Assembly (NCBI GenBank): GCA_965203175.1 | Contig: OZ241867.1 | Coordinates: 5,120,001-5,184,000 of the forward strand | DNA: 64,000 nt | Direction of reading: 5' to 3' | Source of the DNA: Candidatus Latescibacterota bacterium | GTDB lineage: Bacteria; Latescibacterota; UBA2968; UBA8231 | In this document: positions 38,516 through 48,061 of the stretch, piece after piece | Position numbering within the stretch: the stretch's first letter is position 1 | How the letters are laid out: the number at the start of each line of letters is the position of its first letter | Translations under genes and position numbers: made by a program | The notes under the pieces: generated by a model | What the model saw: the letters and a program-made list of their open reading frames with translations, nothing else | Databases searched by the model: none | Told to the model about the DNA's origin: nothing

Positions 38516-38539
38516 GAGCAATCTCCTTTGTGGTCGAAA

Positions 38540-39394
38540 TCAATCGGCCCGCAACACCGCGTTGTGCGCGGCCAGATCCCAAGTCTCGTTGTACACCAGC
38601 GGCTGGGCACGTTCGGGCGGATAGCCGGGGGGTGGATTATTGGGATCGAGCAACTCCAGCCGATCGCGGCCCCGGGGCTTGTCGAGCCAAGCCCGCTCCT
38701 CGGGCGCGGCTTGTACCGGACGCCGCAAAATAAACTCCACCCGGTCGCGGCGCGAGAAGGCCACATGGGCGACGAACACCCGATGCACATCGCTTCCATC
38801 CCAAGTCGCCAGATCTGGCAAGAGTACCGGGCCGGTACAGATCTGATATTGGCCATCGGCCGCGTTGAGGTTCATAACGTTGATCGGATATTCGAGCTCG
38901 ACCTCAATACCACTCGCCGCGTCCTGGTACACCGAGCGGGCGTTTTGCGCGTCGCCGGCAAAGGTCGAGGCCACAATGGCGTCGGCTTCCTCCAGCGCCT
39001 CAGATGCGGGATAAGAGCGAATGTCGATGGTGTAGTCCTGGTACGCCTCCGCCAGCGAACGCGCGCTGACCGCCTCGGGTTCCGTACTCGGCCGCTGGGC
39101 AATCGCCGGAATCGAGGAGCGGCTAAAAGGCATCCGCCACTCGCCGCTGGGGATCTGAAACAGATTTTCGCTGGCAATGGTGTATTCGCTGCGGCAGGGT
39201 GCGCCCAAAAAGAGTTCAGCCAGCTCGGCCCCGCCGCTGTCGCGTAAAACGCAACGGGCCTCCAAGGTGAACCGCACGTGATAAACCTGGCCGTGCTCGC
39301 CGACGAAACCGCCGGGCCACTTGTAATACGGATCCGGCTTCCAAGGATGGGCCTTCCAAGTAAAGGACGAACGGGGGAAATTGATCATCGCCAT
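38540..39394 (-). CDS. Hypothetical protein
   Basis: 284-aa ORF with AGGAG RBS, host-like codon usage and co-oriented with the downstream oxidoreductase. Confidence 0.7.
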   Translation of the reverse strand: MAMINFPRSSFTWKAHPWKPDPYYKWPGGFVGEHGQVYHVRFTLEARCVLRDSGGAELAELFLGAPCRSEYTIASENLFQIPSGEWRMPFSRSSIPAIAQRPSTEPEAVSARSLAEAYQDYTIDIRSYPASEALEEADAIVASTFAGDAQNARSVYQDAASGIEVELEYPINVMNLNAADGQYQICTGPVLLPDLATWDGSDVHRVFVAHVAFSRRDRVEFILRRPVQAAPEERAWLDKPRGRDRLELLDPNNPPPGYPPERAQPLVYNETWDLAAHNAVLRAD

Positions 39395-39524
39395 CTCCTG
39401 CCGGGGAACTTGCCCCGGCTGCTATAGGTTCTCATCTTACAACGCCAGATTTGTAGTATAGTAAAAGGCATCTTTAGGTAAAAATGCCTGATTCACTCTC
39501 ACATCAATAGCCAAGGAGATTTCT

Positions 39525-40115
39525 ATGACTCGTCCCAATCCACTCCACTTCGCGTGGGTTGCCGCTCTGACATTCGCTCTTACCGCCGAGGCAACTTTGG
39601 CGGAAACTTACGTGGTCGATGCTTCCCACTCTTCGGTCGATTTCAGCATTCGCCACCTCGTCGGCCGCACCAAGGGCCGCTTCGGGGACTTCAGCGGCAC
39701 CATCAGCTACGACGCTGCCAAGCCCGCAGCCTCTAGTTTCTCCGGCACCATTCAGGTCAAGAGCATCGACACCGGCAACGAGCGCCGCGATGGCCACCTG
39801 AAAAATGCCGACTTTTTCGAGGCCGAAACCTACCCCACGATCACCTTCGAATCTACCGAGGTGACCAGCGCGGGCGAAAACACGCTCAACGTGAAGGGCA
39901 AGCTGACCATGCACGGCACCACCAAAGAGGTCACCCTGCCCATCGAGATCCTCGGCACCGGCATCAATCCGAGGGGTGGCAAGGCGCAGATCGGCCTAGA
40001 AACGAATTTTTCCATCCTCTGCTCTGATTACGGAGTCAATAGCTGGGAACGCTTTAGCGCCGTGCTCGGAGACGAAGTAAAAATTCAGGTATTGATCGAA
40101 GCCAACGCAGAGTAA
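39525..40115 (+). CDS. YceI family periplasmic lipid/polyisoprenoid-binding protein
   Basis: Signal peptide; DASHSSVDF, SIDTGNERRDGHL, DFF and GKLTMHG. Confidence 0.93.
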   Translation: MTRPNPLHFAWVAALTFALTAEATLAETYVVDASHSSVDFSIRHLVGRTKGRFGDFSGTISYDAAKPAASSFSGTIQVKSIDTGNERRDGHLKNADFFEAETYPTITFESTEVTSAGENTLNVKGKLTMHGTTKEVTLPIEILGTGINPRGGKAQIGLETNFSILCSDYGVNSWERFSAVLGDEVKIQVLIEANAE

Positions 40116-40121
40116 TCAGGA

Positions 40122-41081
40122 TCAGCTAGCCAAGCGGAACCAGTCGGCCATCCATTCAAAGTACTCGACGAGGAAGGCGTGGTTGCCCTCTGGCTGGCGG
40201 ACCTCGAAGCGCCCTGGACAGCCCGCCTCTGCATACGCCTCGGAGACGACCGGGATCAGCTCGTCAACGCCCTCGCGGGGCATGTCTTCATCCTCGGTCG
40301 GGGCGATCATCATAAAGGGACGCGGAGGCATACAGGCCGCGACGATTGCGGCGTGGTCGAAATGGCGCAGTAGATGAGGGATAAAATAATAGGCGCTGTG
40401 GCGGTCGGTGGTAGTGTGGTGGATTACTCGCGCCATGCTGCCCACCCCACCGCAGACAGGCACCCCAGCCCAGATCCACGGAGCGCACGCCATCGCATAC
40501 CAAGTCGCATTGCCGCCCAGCGACATCCCGGTCAGCCCGATTCGGTTGGAGTCCACCCCAGGAATAGCGGCCAAAAGCCGCGCCCCTTTGAGAGTTTCCT
40601 CGACTAGTACGCCCATTTGCGTACGACCGTACGGTGCCAGCAGCTTGTTTTCAGTCGCCCACTCTGCGAGGCTGCTGCGCCGCATCTCGCATCCTTTGGG
40701 GGAAATGGCCAGCGTTGCAAAGCCTCGGCGAGCCAATTCGCGCGCCCAGCCCATCAGCTTCCGTTCCATAAAAAAGCGTGGATGAGCGATCTCGTCGGCC
40801 GTTCCCCCAGTACCGGGAACGCAAACAATGCCAGGCCGTGTGCACGCCGATTTTTCCTGCGGCACCATGAGAATTCCCGGCACGGTCTCGCCCAGCGAAT
40901 TCTCGTACCTCACCCGCGAAGTACAAAGGCCGTCCTCTTCTTGCCGGCTCTCTGTGGTGTAGTCGATCGCAGCGGGAGTCTCTTCTAGGCCGAGCAATTC
41001 CACCAGCTTCGAGCGCACAGCCGAGGCGGGAATCTCATCGGGATAGGCCGGGCGGATGCCCTTGGGAATAATGGATTGCAT
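40122..41081 (-). CDS. Alpha/beta hydrolase (dienelactone hydrolase / esterase-like)
   Basis: RIGLTGMSLGG nucleophile elbow, ED and GNH. Confidence 0.85.
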   Translation of the reverse strand: MQSIIPKGIRPAYPDEIPASAVRSKLVELLGLEETPAAIDYTTESRQEEDGLCTSRVRYENSLGETVPGILMVPQEKSACTRPGIVCVPGTGGTADEIAHPRFFMERKLMGWARELARRGFATLAISPKGCEMRRSSLAEWATENKLLAPYGRTQMGVLVEETLKGARLLAAIPGVDSNRIGLTGMSLGGNATWYAMACAPWIWAGVPVCGGVGSMARVIHHTTTDRHSAYYFIPHLLRHFDHAAIVAACMPPRPFMMIAPTEDEDMPREGVDELIPVVSEAYAEAGCPGRFEVRQPEGNHAFLVEYFEWMADWFRLAS

Positions 41082-41176
41082 AAGAGGACTCAAAGTATTT
41101 TGTTTCAAGGGCTTGGATTTGAGTGTATGAAAGGCCCAAATGCTCGTCAAATAGCGCCACAACAGAAGGGAAAGCC

Positions 41177-41866
41177 ATGAAAATACTCCTTACCGGTGCC
41201 GCCGGAGCGGTCGGCTCCACGCTGGTCAAAGGGATGGGATCGCGCCACCAATTGCGCGGTTTTGACCGCGTGGAAATGCCCGACCTAGAAGACAGCCAGG
41301 TGGGCGATGTGGCCGATTACGATGCTTTGTTGGCAGCCGCCGAGGGCATGGAGGCCATCATCCATTTGACGGGCGTCGATAGCGAGTGGGAAAAGGCCCT
41401 GTCTAGCAATTTCATCGGCACGTACAATATGTTGGAAGCAGCCCGCATCCAAGGAGTGCGCCGGGTGGCGTACGCCAGTCGCGCCGGGGTACACGGCCCC
41501 CTGCCCGAGGACGTTATGCGCCGCGTTGATATGCCTCCCCAGCCCCTGGGCTACTATACGGTCAGCAAGCTATTCGGCGAGCACATGGGCTATTCCTACG
41601 CCCATAGACACGGCCTGGAGTTCGTCGCAGTGCGCATAGGCAATTTCAGCCTCAAGCGCGATCAGCCCGAGCACCCGCACCAGCTCAGCCACGGCGATGC
41701 CGTGCGGGTCTTTGAGCAGGCCGTGATACACCCCGGGGTGCGCTACGAAATCGTGTACGGAGTGTCGGACAGCACTTGGCCGCGCTACGACCTCGACCAC
41801 GGACGGCGCGCCATTGGCTACTTTCCCCAGGACAAATCGGACTGGCGGCCCGAGGAGGAGGAATAA
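41177..41866 (+). CDS. NAD-dependent epimerase/dehydratase (uronate dehydrogenase-like)
   Basis: TGAAGAVG, YTVSK, VRIG and LSHGD...YGVSD. Confidence 0.88.
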   Translation: MKILLTGAAGAVGSTLVKGMGSRHQLRGFDRVEMPDLEDSQVGDVADYDALLAAAEGMEAIIHLTGVDSEWEKALSSNFIGTYNMLEAARIQGVRRVAYASRAGVHGPLPEDVMRRVDMPPQPLGYYTVSKLFGEHMGYSYAHRHGLEFVAVRIGNFSLKRDQPEHPHQLSHGDAVRVFEQAVIHPGVRYEIVYGVSDSTWPRYDLDHGRRAIGYFPQDKSDWRPEEEE

Positions 41867-41869
41867 ACT

Positions 41870-42688
41870 GTGATCAAATTGAGTACAATGGCCCGCGAGA
41901 CGCCTACCACCACCATTGATCAGGTCATCGAACAGGCCCGCCAGTTGCAGCTAGATGGCGTGGATTTCCATTTGTCGGGCATGGACCGCAGCGTCAAGTA
42001 TATCAACCACGTCAAGAACCTCTGTCTCAAACGCGGCCTGAACATCGGCTATGCTGGAGCCGGCAGCTTTGTAGGGCTGGCCGAGGACCGGGCCAAGCGG
42101 ATGGAGCAAGGCCGCGCCGACGTCGATGCCGCAGCTTTGCTGGGAGCGCAGGTGCTGCGCGTTTTCGCGCGCCACAAGTGGCCGAGTACCGTCGAGGAAC
42201 AAGAGGCCCTGTGGCGTCCGATGATTGAGGATTTTCAGGCGATTGCCGATTACGCAGCCCAACGCGGGGTCCTGATCGCCTTGCAAAACCACGACAACGG
42301 CAGTTTCGCCATGACCGCGGACCAAGTGCTGCGCATCCTGCGCGAGACCGAGCGCGACAATTTCAGTTTCCTGTTGGATACCGGGCAATGGCTGGGAGCC
42401 ATTGGCTCGCATCCGCGCGGCGAGTTCGACCCAAATGTCGATCTGTACAAAGACTATCTGGAGCCGACCGCGCCTTTTGCCACGTACGTGCGAGCCAAGA
42501 TCTACAAGATCGACAGCGGCGTTGAGGAGTTTATCGACTACAGGCGCGTGTTAGAAATTCTGCGCGGAGTGGATTTCAACGGTACGATCGGCTTGGTATT
42601 TGAACTAGGCGAGTTCAACAGTTGCAGCCACGAGGAATGCATGCGCTTGGCCGCAGCCCATTTGCGCGAAGTAATCGCCGCTAGCTGA
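41870..42688 (+). CDS. Sugar phosphate isomerase/epimerase family protein
   Basis: LGAQVLRVF, LQNHD, LDTGQW and IDY. Confidence 0.85.
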   Translation: MIKLSTMARETPTTTIDQVIEQARQLQLDGVDFHLSGMDRSVKYINHVKNLCLKRGLNIGYAGAGSFVGLAEDRAKRMEQGRADVDAAALLGAQVLRVFARHKWPSTVEEQEALWRPMIEDFQAIADYAAQRGVLIALQNHDNGSFAMTADQVLRILRETERDNFSFLLDTGQWLGAIGSHPRGEFDPNVDLYKDYLEPTAPFATYVRAKIYKIDSGVEEFIDYRRVLEILRGVDFNGTIGLVFELGEFNSCSHEECMRLAAAHLREVIAAS

Positions 42689-42764
42689 TACAGCATTCCG
42701 GCCCTGTCCATGCGCCGCTGACCTTATTGCCCTATCTTCGTCGGGCCAACTGAAAGGAATAGCC

Positions 42765-43637
42765 ATGTCCGCACCTGATCCCAGCACCGCCAAGCCCCTC
42801 CTCTTTCAACAGAGCCGCGTCGGCTACGTCGAGATAGACGAGGTTGACCTACCCCGCACCAACGCCGCCGGCAAGCCGGTAATTGATCCAACGCCGGAAC
42901 AGAGGTACTTGTTCGACACCCAAGGTTGGCTGTTGATACCCGGTCTGCTCAGCGAAGACGAAGTGGAGGAGATGCGGGCCTTTTGCTATCGCTTGCACCA
43001 AGAGCCCGAATCGCTGCCAGAGCCGCAGCGCAGTCCTATTGGCGGCCCCTTGGAAGAGTTGACCGACCATCCCTTTATCGTCGGTTTTATGAACGAATTT
43101 CTCGCCAATCCCGATCTGTCGAGCCAGGACTGCTACGGTTTCCGCATGGAATCGACCAGCCTAGCTATGCGCCAGACCGGAGAAGGGGGGTTTGGCCCCC
43201 ACAACGGCAATGGCCTGTGGCGCTTGCCCGGCGACGGACACAACTACCGCTGCGTGCCCGGCAAGGCGCGCAGCAGCTTGACCTGCGTAGTGTGGGAATT
43301 AAACGAGGTCGATGCCACTGGCGGCGGCACTCTGTTCATCAACGGCAGCCACAAGGCCGCCTTCCCCTTGCCCGCTGGAGCCCAGAGCCTCGATTCGGAC
43401 CTTTGGACCCGATACACGTGTCCGGCTGGCTCCCTGCTCATTTTCGCAGAGAGCACCACCCACACCGCTTCTCCGTGGGGCAGCACCGACCACGAGCGCT
43501 GCGCCATCTTCAGCCGCTACAATTACGTCGATAGCAAATGGCACAAGTGGCAACCTCTCCCCGAAGCACTCGAAGCCATGCCACCCAAGCGCCGCACGCT
43601 CTTCCGAGCCGTCCACGTCGAAGGCAATCTGATATAG
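42765..43637 (+). CDS. PhyH-family Fe(II)/2OG-like enzyme (HxG motif)
   Basis: YLFDTQGWL, PHNG, GGTLFINGSHK, FAESTTH and ER. Confidence 0.85.
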   Translation: MSAPDPSTAKPLLFQQSRVGYVEIDEVDLPRTNAAGKPVIDPTPEQRYLFDTQGWLLIPGLLSEDEVEEMRAFCYRLHQEPESLPEPQRSPIGGPLEELTDHPFIVGFMNEFLANPDLSSQDCYGFRMESTSLAMRQTGEGGFGPHNGNGLWRLPGDGHNYRCVPGKARSSLTCVVWELNEVDATGGGTLFINGSHKAAFPLPAGAQSLDSDLWTRYTCPAGSLLIFAESTTHTASPWGSTDHERCAIFSRYNYVDSKWHKWQPLPEALEAMPPKRRTLFRAVHVEGNLI

Positions 43638-43686
43638 TGCGATAGTAGAGTCGAAAATTAGTGATCGTCGCCCGAGTAAATCCACA

Positions 43687-43863
43687 TAGAGTCTGCCAGT
43701 TTACCAGTAGGATATAACGGCTACCTTTCTCAATACACTTCTGTAACTGATGGGAAATGTAGCCGTCCATACTTGATATGATCTTTTGCGCCTCGCCAAA
43801 AGCAGCCTCAAACTCCTTCTCACGACCGGGCTTAACGTCCAATATTGCAACTTCTAAAATCAT
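43687..43863 (-). pseudogene. 3'-truncated antibiotic biosynthesis monooxygenase (ABM) gene
   Basis: MILEVAILDVKPGREKEFEAAF...GYISHQLQKCIE...YILLVNWQTL; similarity then stops and the ORF runs antisense into the PhyH gene. Confidence 0.75.
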
Positions 43864-43900
43864 TATTTAATTCTTTTATTTCGTTAAAATGGATACCGAT

Positions 43901-44602
43901 TCATCCGTCAATTTCTACCGGCACCACACAACCGTAATAAAAGAACTCTCCGGTTGTTTCAACTGATCCACTCCAGCCAAGATCGCGCAATTGCCGTTCC
44001 AACTGATCCGGGTCGTGGAATACTTTTACGATGTTAAACGTCCGACCATCGTTCAGCTTCCGTTCCATTACGCCCGAATCGTCGATTGCAGCGTGATCCC
44101 GTGCGGTTGACTCTTGCGTTGCCAGACCGTCAACAAAGAAAGCTCTACCCCCCGGCTTTAGGGCGACGCGAACCAACTCCCATAACCGATTGAATTGCTG
44201 TGCCGGAACGTGCGACAGCCAGAACCCAAAAAAGACAAAGTCATACTTTTCGGTCGGCCACCACTCAAAAAGATCCGCCACCACATACTGCACCGGTGCA
44301 TTACCAATCTTGGTGCGATTGATCTCAATCGTCTCGGGAGAAGCATCTATGGCCGTCAGATCAGCGGCACCTTGCGCCAGACATGCTGTCCACAATCCCG
44401 TGCCGCAAGCAAGCTCAAGACATTTGCCGAACGGCCGCTCCCGCTCCAGTGCCGATCGCACAACGTCTAATTCCGCACTCCACTGGAATTTGTGCTCGTC
44501 GCCCCGGTCGTATCGTCCCTGGCGTGAATGCCACTCGTCATACTCGGCAGCGCGCGCCCGGTAATAGGCGACTTGTTCCTGCAGAATTGATTTGTCAGCC
44601 AT
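43901..44602 (-). CDS. Class I SAM-dependent methyltransferase
   Basis: YYRARAAEYD, LELACGTG and YDFVFFGFWLSHVP. Confidence 0.9.
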   Translation of the reverse strand: MADKSILQEQVAYYRARAAEYDEWHSRQGRYDRGDEHKFQWSAELDVVRSALERERPFGKCLELACGTGLWTACLAQGAADLTAIDASPETIEINRTKIGNAPVQYVVADLFEWWPTEKYDFVFFGFWLSHVPAQQFNRLWELVRVALKPGGRAFFVDGLATQESTARDHAAIDDSGVMERKLNDGRTFNIVKVFHDPDQLERQLRDLGWSGSVETTGEFFYYGCVVPVEIDG

Positions 44603-44629
44603 CGTTTCTACTCCTTTGCGATTCCGATA

Positions 44630-45397
44630 TTAGGCCTGCGCCGTCACAATGGGTTGAAAATAACCAGACCGCTCAGGTCCATGCCATGCGATCCTTGCAA
44701 ATCCGGCTGACTCCAAGGCCGCAGTAAGCTCGTTGCGTCTTATTGCCCTGTAGCGAGTCCTGATCTCCTTCACCCGCCATTCACTCGCCGCCCGACTTAT
44801 TATAAAAAGCCGCAATAGATAGGTATCTGATTCCTTGGACCAGTCCCAGATCTGAAACACTATTACTTCTTCCTCATGTGTCCCGCCGGGATTCATAGCT
44901 ACAAACGATGGTTTTTCGGCGAGCAACTGATCGTAGTCGCGGATACTGGCAACAAACAATCCTTTGTCCGTCAGTACGCGCCGGATGTTTCGCAGAGCAA
45001 GTGTTAAATCTTCGTCAGTCAAAAGATGCGGCAGGGAATTATCGCAGCTAATCACAACATCAAACTTCTGGCCAAACGCACATTCCAACTCGCGAACATC
45101 GGCAACCGCGAATCGCATATTCAGCCCTCGCTTAGCAGCTTCTGATTCCGCCCGTGCGACTGCCTTCGGGCTGAGATCGGACGCAAAAACTTCGTATCCT
45201 CGCTGCGCCAAGCCAATTGCCTGAGTGCCTATTCCGCAGGAACAATCTAGGACAACCGGTACACTCACTGAAGATTCACATCGAATCAACTGATCTAGCA
45301 CGGACGACTGCCGTTCGATTGCCGATTCCCAGTCGGCGTAAACGCAATGGTAATCAGCGGCTAGATCGTCGTAAAAGCGTTCGACGGATTCGCTCAC
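44630..45397 (-). CDS. Class I SAM-dependent methyltransferase (glycine/sarcosine N-methyltransferase-like)
   Basis: VLDCSCGIG, DNSLPHL and SIRDYD. Confidence 0.88.
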   Translation of the reverse strand: MSESVERFYDDLAADYHCVYADWESAIERQSSVLDQLIRCESSVSVPVVLDCSCGIGTQAIGLAQRGYEVFASDLSPKAVARAESEAAKRGLNMRFAVADVRELECAFGQKFDVVISCDNSLPHLLTDEDLTLALRNIRRVLTDKGLFVASIRDYDQLLAEKPSFVAMNPGGTHEEEVIVFQIWDWSKESDTYLLRLFIISRAASEWRVKEIRTRYRAIRRNELTAALESAGFARIAWHGPERSGYFQPIVTAQA

Positions 45398-45439
45398 CTT
45401 GCTGGCTCTCTCAACAAATCTATGCTTCTTGACGGAACA

Positions 45440-46291
45440 CTATCTATCTTCCGGGAACTCCACATAATCAATTTCCATTGGCTGCTTGAGCCGCTTCTCT
45501 AGTTCCAGTAGATCCGATCGGCCCGCCGGTACATCCTTCTCCATAATCCCATCTGGATGCACCGTCACCGTGGTCGTCACTCCCATAAATGCCTTCTCTG
45601 CCGTCGTCCGCGACACCTGAATGCCGTCCTCTGAAATGGCCATGCGAGAATGGGCAATACGTCCCTCGCCAATAACCCGAAAGAGAAGAGCTAATACGCC
45701 GGACATTGGACGCCCTGTAATCCCCTCAATCTCATCGTAAACAGCCCAATCCCCAAAATCCAGCAAGCGATAGGTCATTACCTGCCAATTAGTCACCTTA
45801 AAACGCGGCGTCGCAAGCGTATCCAAGTACGAATACCGGTCTGGCTTGCCCGGCCCATCCCCCCAACTGATCCGCACATTCACGGCCAGTTCCGGCATCG
45901 GCCCTTCCACCACCTCGCGGATGACTCGATCTAGCCGATAGTCGACTTCTATATTCTGTCCGTATTGATAGCTCAGCAGCGCGTACTGCGGCGCTGTATC
46001 CTCTGTCCGTCCAGTCACCTCTAAAAACGACCGGAACCACTCCTCCTGCCCGATAAACAGAGGCAGTCCGTCTGGATCGCGCTCCCTAGCTTGCCGCGCA
46101 AGACAAAACACTACTTCCGCCTGAAACCGTGCGCCATTGGTCGTCGCCGTCGGGTCGTAGTCACCATGCTGCCGCATCGCCTCCAGCACCTCCGACCGAT
46201 CCACCACATTATACACTCCGTCTGCACCTTCCAGCGGATCGGGCAGTAGCAAAAAACAGAGGACGGTTACAATCCCCAACCTCCCGCCCAT
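45440..46291 (-). CDS. Hypothetical secreted protein, tandem paralog B
   Basis: Signal-like N-terminus; collinear with 46293-47159. Confidence 0.8.
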   Translation of the reverse strand: MGGRLGIVTVLCFLLLPDPLEGADGVYNVVDRSEVLEAMRQHGDYDPTATTNGARFQAEVVFCLARQARERDPDGLPLFIGQEEWFRSFLEVTGRTEDTAPQYALLSYQYGQNIEVDYRLDRVIREVVEGPMPELAVNVRISWGDGPGKPDRYSYLDTLATPRFKVTNWQVMTYRLLDFGDWAVYDEIEGITGRPMSGVLALLFRVIGEGRIAHSRMAISEDGIQVSRTTAEKAFMGVTTTVTVHPDGIMEKDVPAGRSDLLELEKRLKQPMEIDYVEFPEDR

Positions 46292-46292
46292 A

Positions 46293-47159
46293 TTACCTAT
46301 CGTCCGAAAACTCCACATAATCAATTTCCATCGGCTGCTTGAGCCGCCTTTCCAGTTCCAGCAGATCTGGTCGGCCGTCCGGCACATCCCTCTCTACAGT
46401 CCCATCTGGATAGATTGTCACCGTGATCATCACTTTCATATACGCCTTCTCTGCCCTCGTCCGCGACACCTGAATACCGTCCTTTGCAATGGCTATGCGA
46501 GAATGTGTCATATGTCCCTCGCCAATGAGCTGAAAAAGAAGAGCTAATACTCCGGACTCTGGACGCGCTGTAATTCCCTCAATCTCATCGTAAACAATCC
46601 AATCCCCAAAATCCAGCAAGCGATAGGTAATCACCTGATGATTAGTCACCCTAACAGTCGGCGTCGAAAGCGTATCTATGTACGAATACCGGTCTGGTCT
46701 GCCCGGCCCATCCTCCCATCTGATCCGCACATTCACGGCCAGTTCCGGCATCGGCCCTTCCACCACCTCGCGGATGACCCGATCTAGCCGATAGTCCACT
46801 TCCATATTCTGTTCGTAGCGATAGTTCAGCAGGGCGTACCGCGGTGCCGTATGCTCCGTATGCCCGGTCACCTCCAAAAACGACCGAAACCACTCCTCGT
46901 GCCCGATAAATAGTGGCGGGCCGTCCGGATCGCGCTCCCTAGCTTGCCGCGCAAGATAAAACACCACATCCGCCAACCACAAGCCATTGGTCGTCGCTGT
47001 TAGTTCATAACCACCATAATGCTGCCGCATCGCCTCCAGCACCTCCGACCGATCCACCACATTATAGTCTCCTTCTACACCTACCAATTGATCTGGTAGT
47101 AACGAAAAACAGAGGACGGTTGCGATCCTCAAACTCCCAATGTATTGAAAGCTGGTCAT
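46293..47159 (-). CDS. Hypothetical secreted protein, tandem paralog A
   Basis: Shares YNVVDRSEVLEAMRQH, TATTNG and YRLLDFGDW blocks with its neighbour. Confidence 0.8.
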   Translation of the reverse strand: MTSFQYIGSLRIATVLCFSLLPDQLVGVEGDYNVVDRSEVLEAMRQHYGGYELTATTNGLWLADVVFYLARQARERDPDGPPLFIGHEEWFRSFLEVTGHTEHTAPRYALLNYRYEQNMEVDYRLDRVIREVVEGPMPELAVNVRIRWEDGPGRPDRYSYIDTLSTPTVRVTNHQVITYRLLDFGDWIVYDEIEGITARPESGVLALLFQLIGEGHMTHSRIAIAKDGIQVSRTRAEKAYMKVMITVTIYPDGTVERDVPDGRPDLLELERRLKQPMEIDYVEFSDDR

Positions 47160-47243
47160 AACCCATATCCGTCTGCATAAAAGATTTTTTGTATCTATGG
47201 GATCATTGGATGCTCAGATCGTCAAAACGGCAAGGCTAAATTT

Positions 47244-48029
47244 CTATTGCAGCAACTCGCCGGGGATGCGCGAGCCGGGATATTCTTTTTCTGGGTCGCG
47301 CTCGGCAATGGTGGCCGGCACTTCATCGGTCCAATAGGCGGGTACCGTCTCCGGACGCCGGTGCCAAGCCAGTACTAACGTGCGGCGTTCGTCGGTCTGG
47401 TTGCGATACGCCGAGTGCAGCACGCGAGCGTCGGCCAGCACTAAGTCGCCGGCCTTGACACAGACATCGACTTGGTCGGGGTGGTCGCTGAACATGGTCG
47501 GGTGGTCTTCTTCTATAAAACGCGCCCCTTGCTCGTGGGCTGGCACCATATCGTCGTGCAGAGGGATGCGCTTGTGGTGCGTGCCGGGAATGACTTTGAG
47601 ACAGCCGTTTTCCGGCGAGGTATCGCTCAAGTAGTAGGACACAAAAATGATCTGCGGCCACGGCGAACAGCTCAAGGGGTCGTTCCACTGCATCCAGTCT
47701 TGGTGCCAGTACAGGGCCGGCTCGTCGGGATCTTTGGTCAAGAGGATGATGCCACCCGTGCTGGCAAAGTCGCCTAGCCCCATCTGTTCGAGAGCGCGGC
47801 GCGTAGGGGGCCAGTCGAGCAGCTTCTGGATGGTCGGATTGTCCTCCCCGCGCGCGGTGACGTGCTGACCCTGGTATTTGAAGTCGGGCGGCGGCACCCA
47901 GTCCTCCATCATATGCTCGGTCTCGTCGTGCAATTCCTGTAAGAATTCGTCGCTGAGAATGTTATCAACCACGCAGAATCCGTCGCGCAACAACTGTTGG
48001 CGTTTTTCTATAGCTTCTTCAGGAGTCAT
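47244..48029 (-). CDS. PhyH-family Fe(II)/2OG dioxygenase (canonical HxD)
   Basis: WHQD, NGCLKVIPGTH, VLHS and RR. Confidence 0.9.
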   Translation of the reverse strand: MTPEEAIEKRQQLLRDGFCVVDNILSDEFLQELHDETEHMMEDWVPPPDFKYQGQHVTARGEDNPTIQKLLDWPPTRRALEQMGLGDFASTGGIILLTKDPDEPALYWHQDWMQWNDPLSCSPWPQIIFVSYYLSDTSPENGCLKVIPGTHHKRIPLHDDMVPAHEQGARFIEEDHPTMFSDHPDQVDVCVKAGDLVLADARVLHSAYRNQTDERRTLVLAWHRRPETVPAYWTDEVPATIAERDPEKEYPGSRIPGELLQ

Positions 48030-48061
48030 TGGCAACCTCGGCGAAAGGTGTGGGCTGTGCT

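Noticed and set aside
43510-43686. Full 117-aa ABM ORF as an intact gene
   Set aside because: The C-terminal half loses ABM similarity and overlaps the convergent PhyH gene by 128 bp
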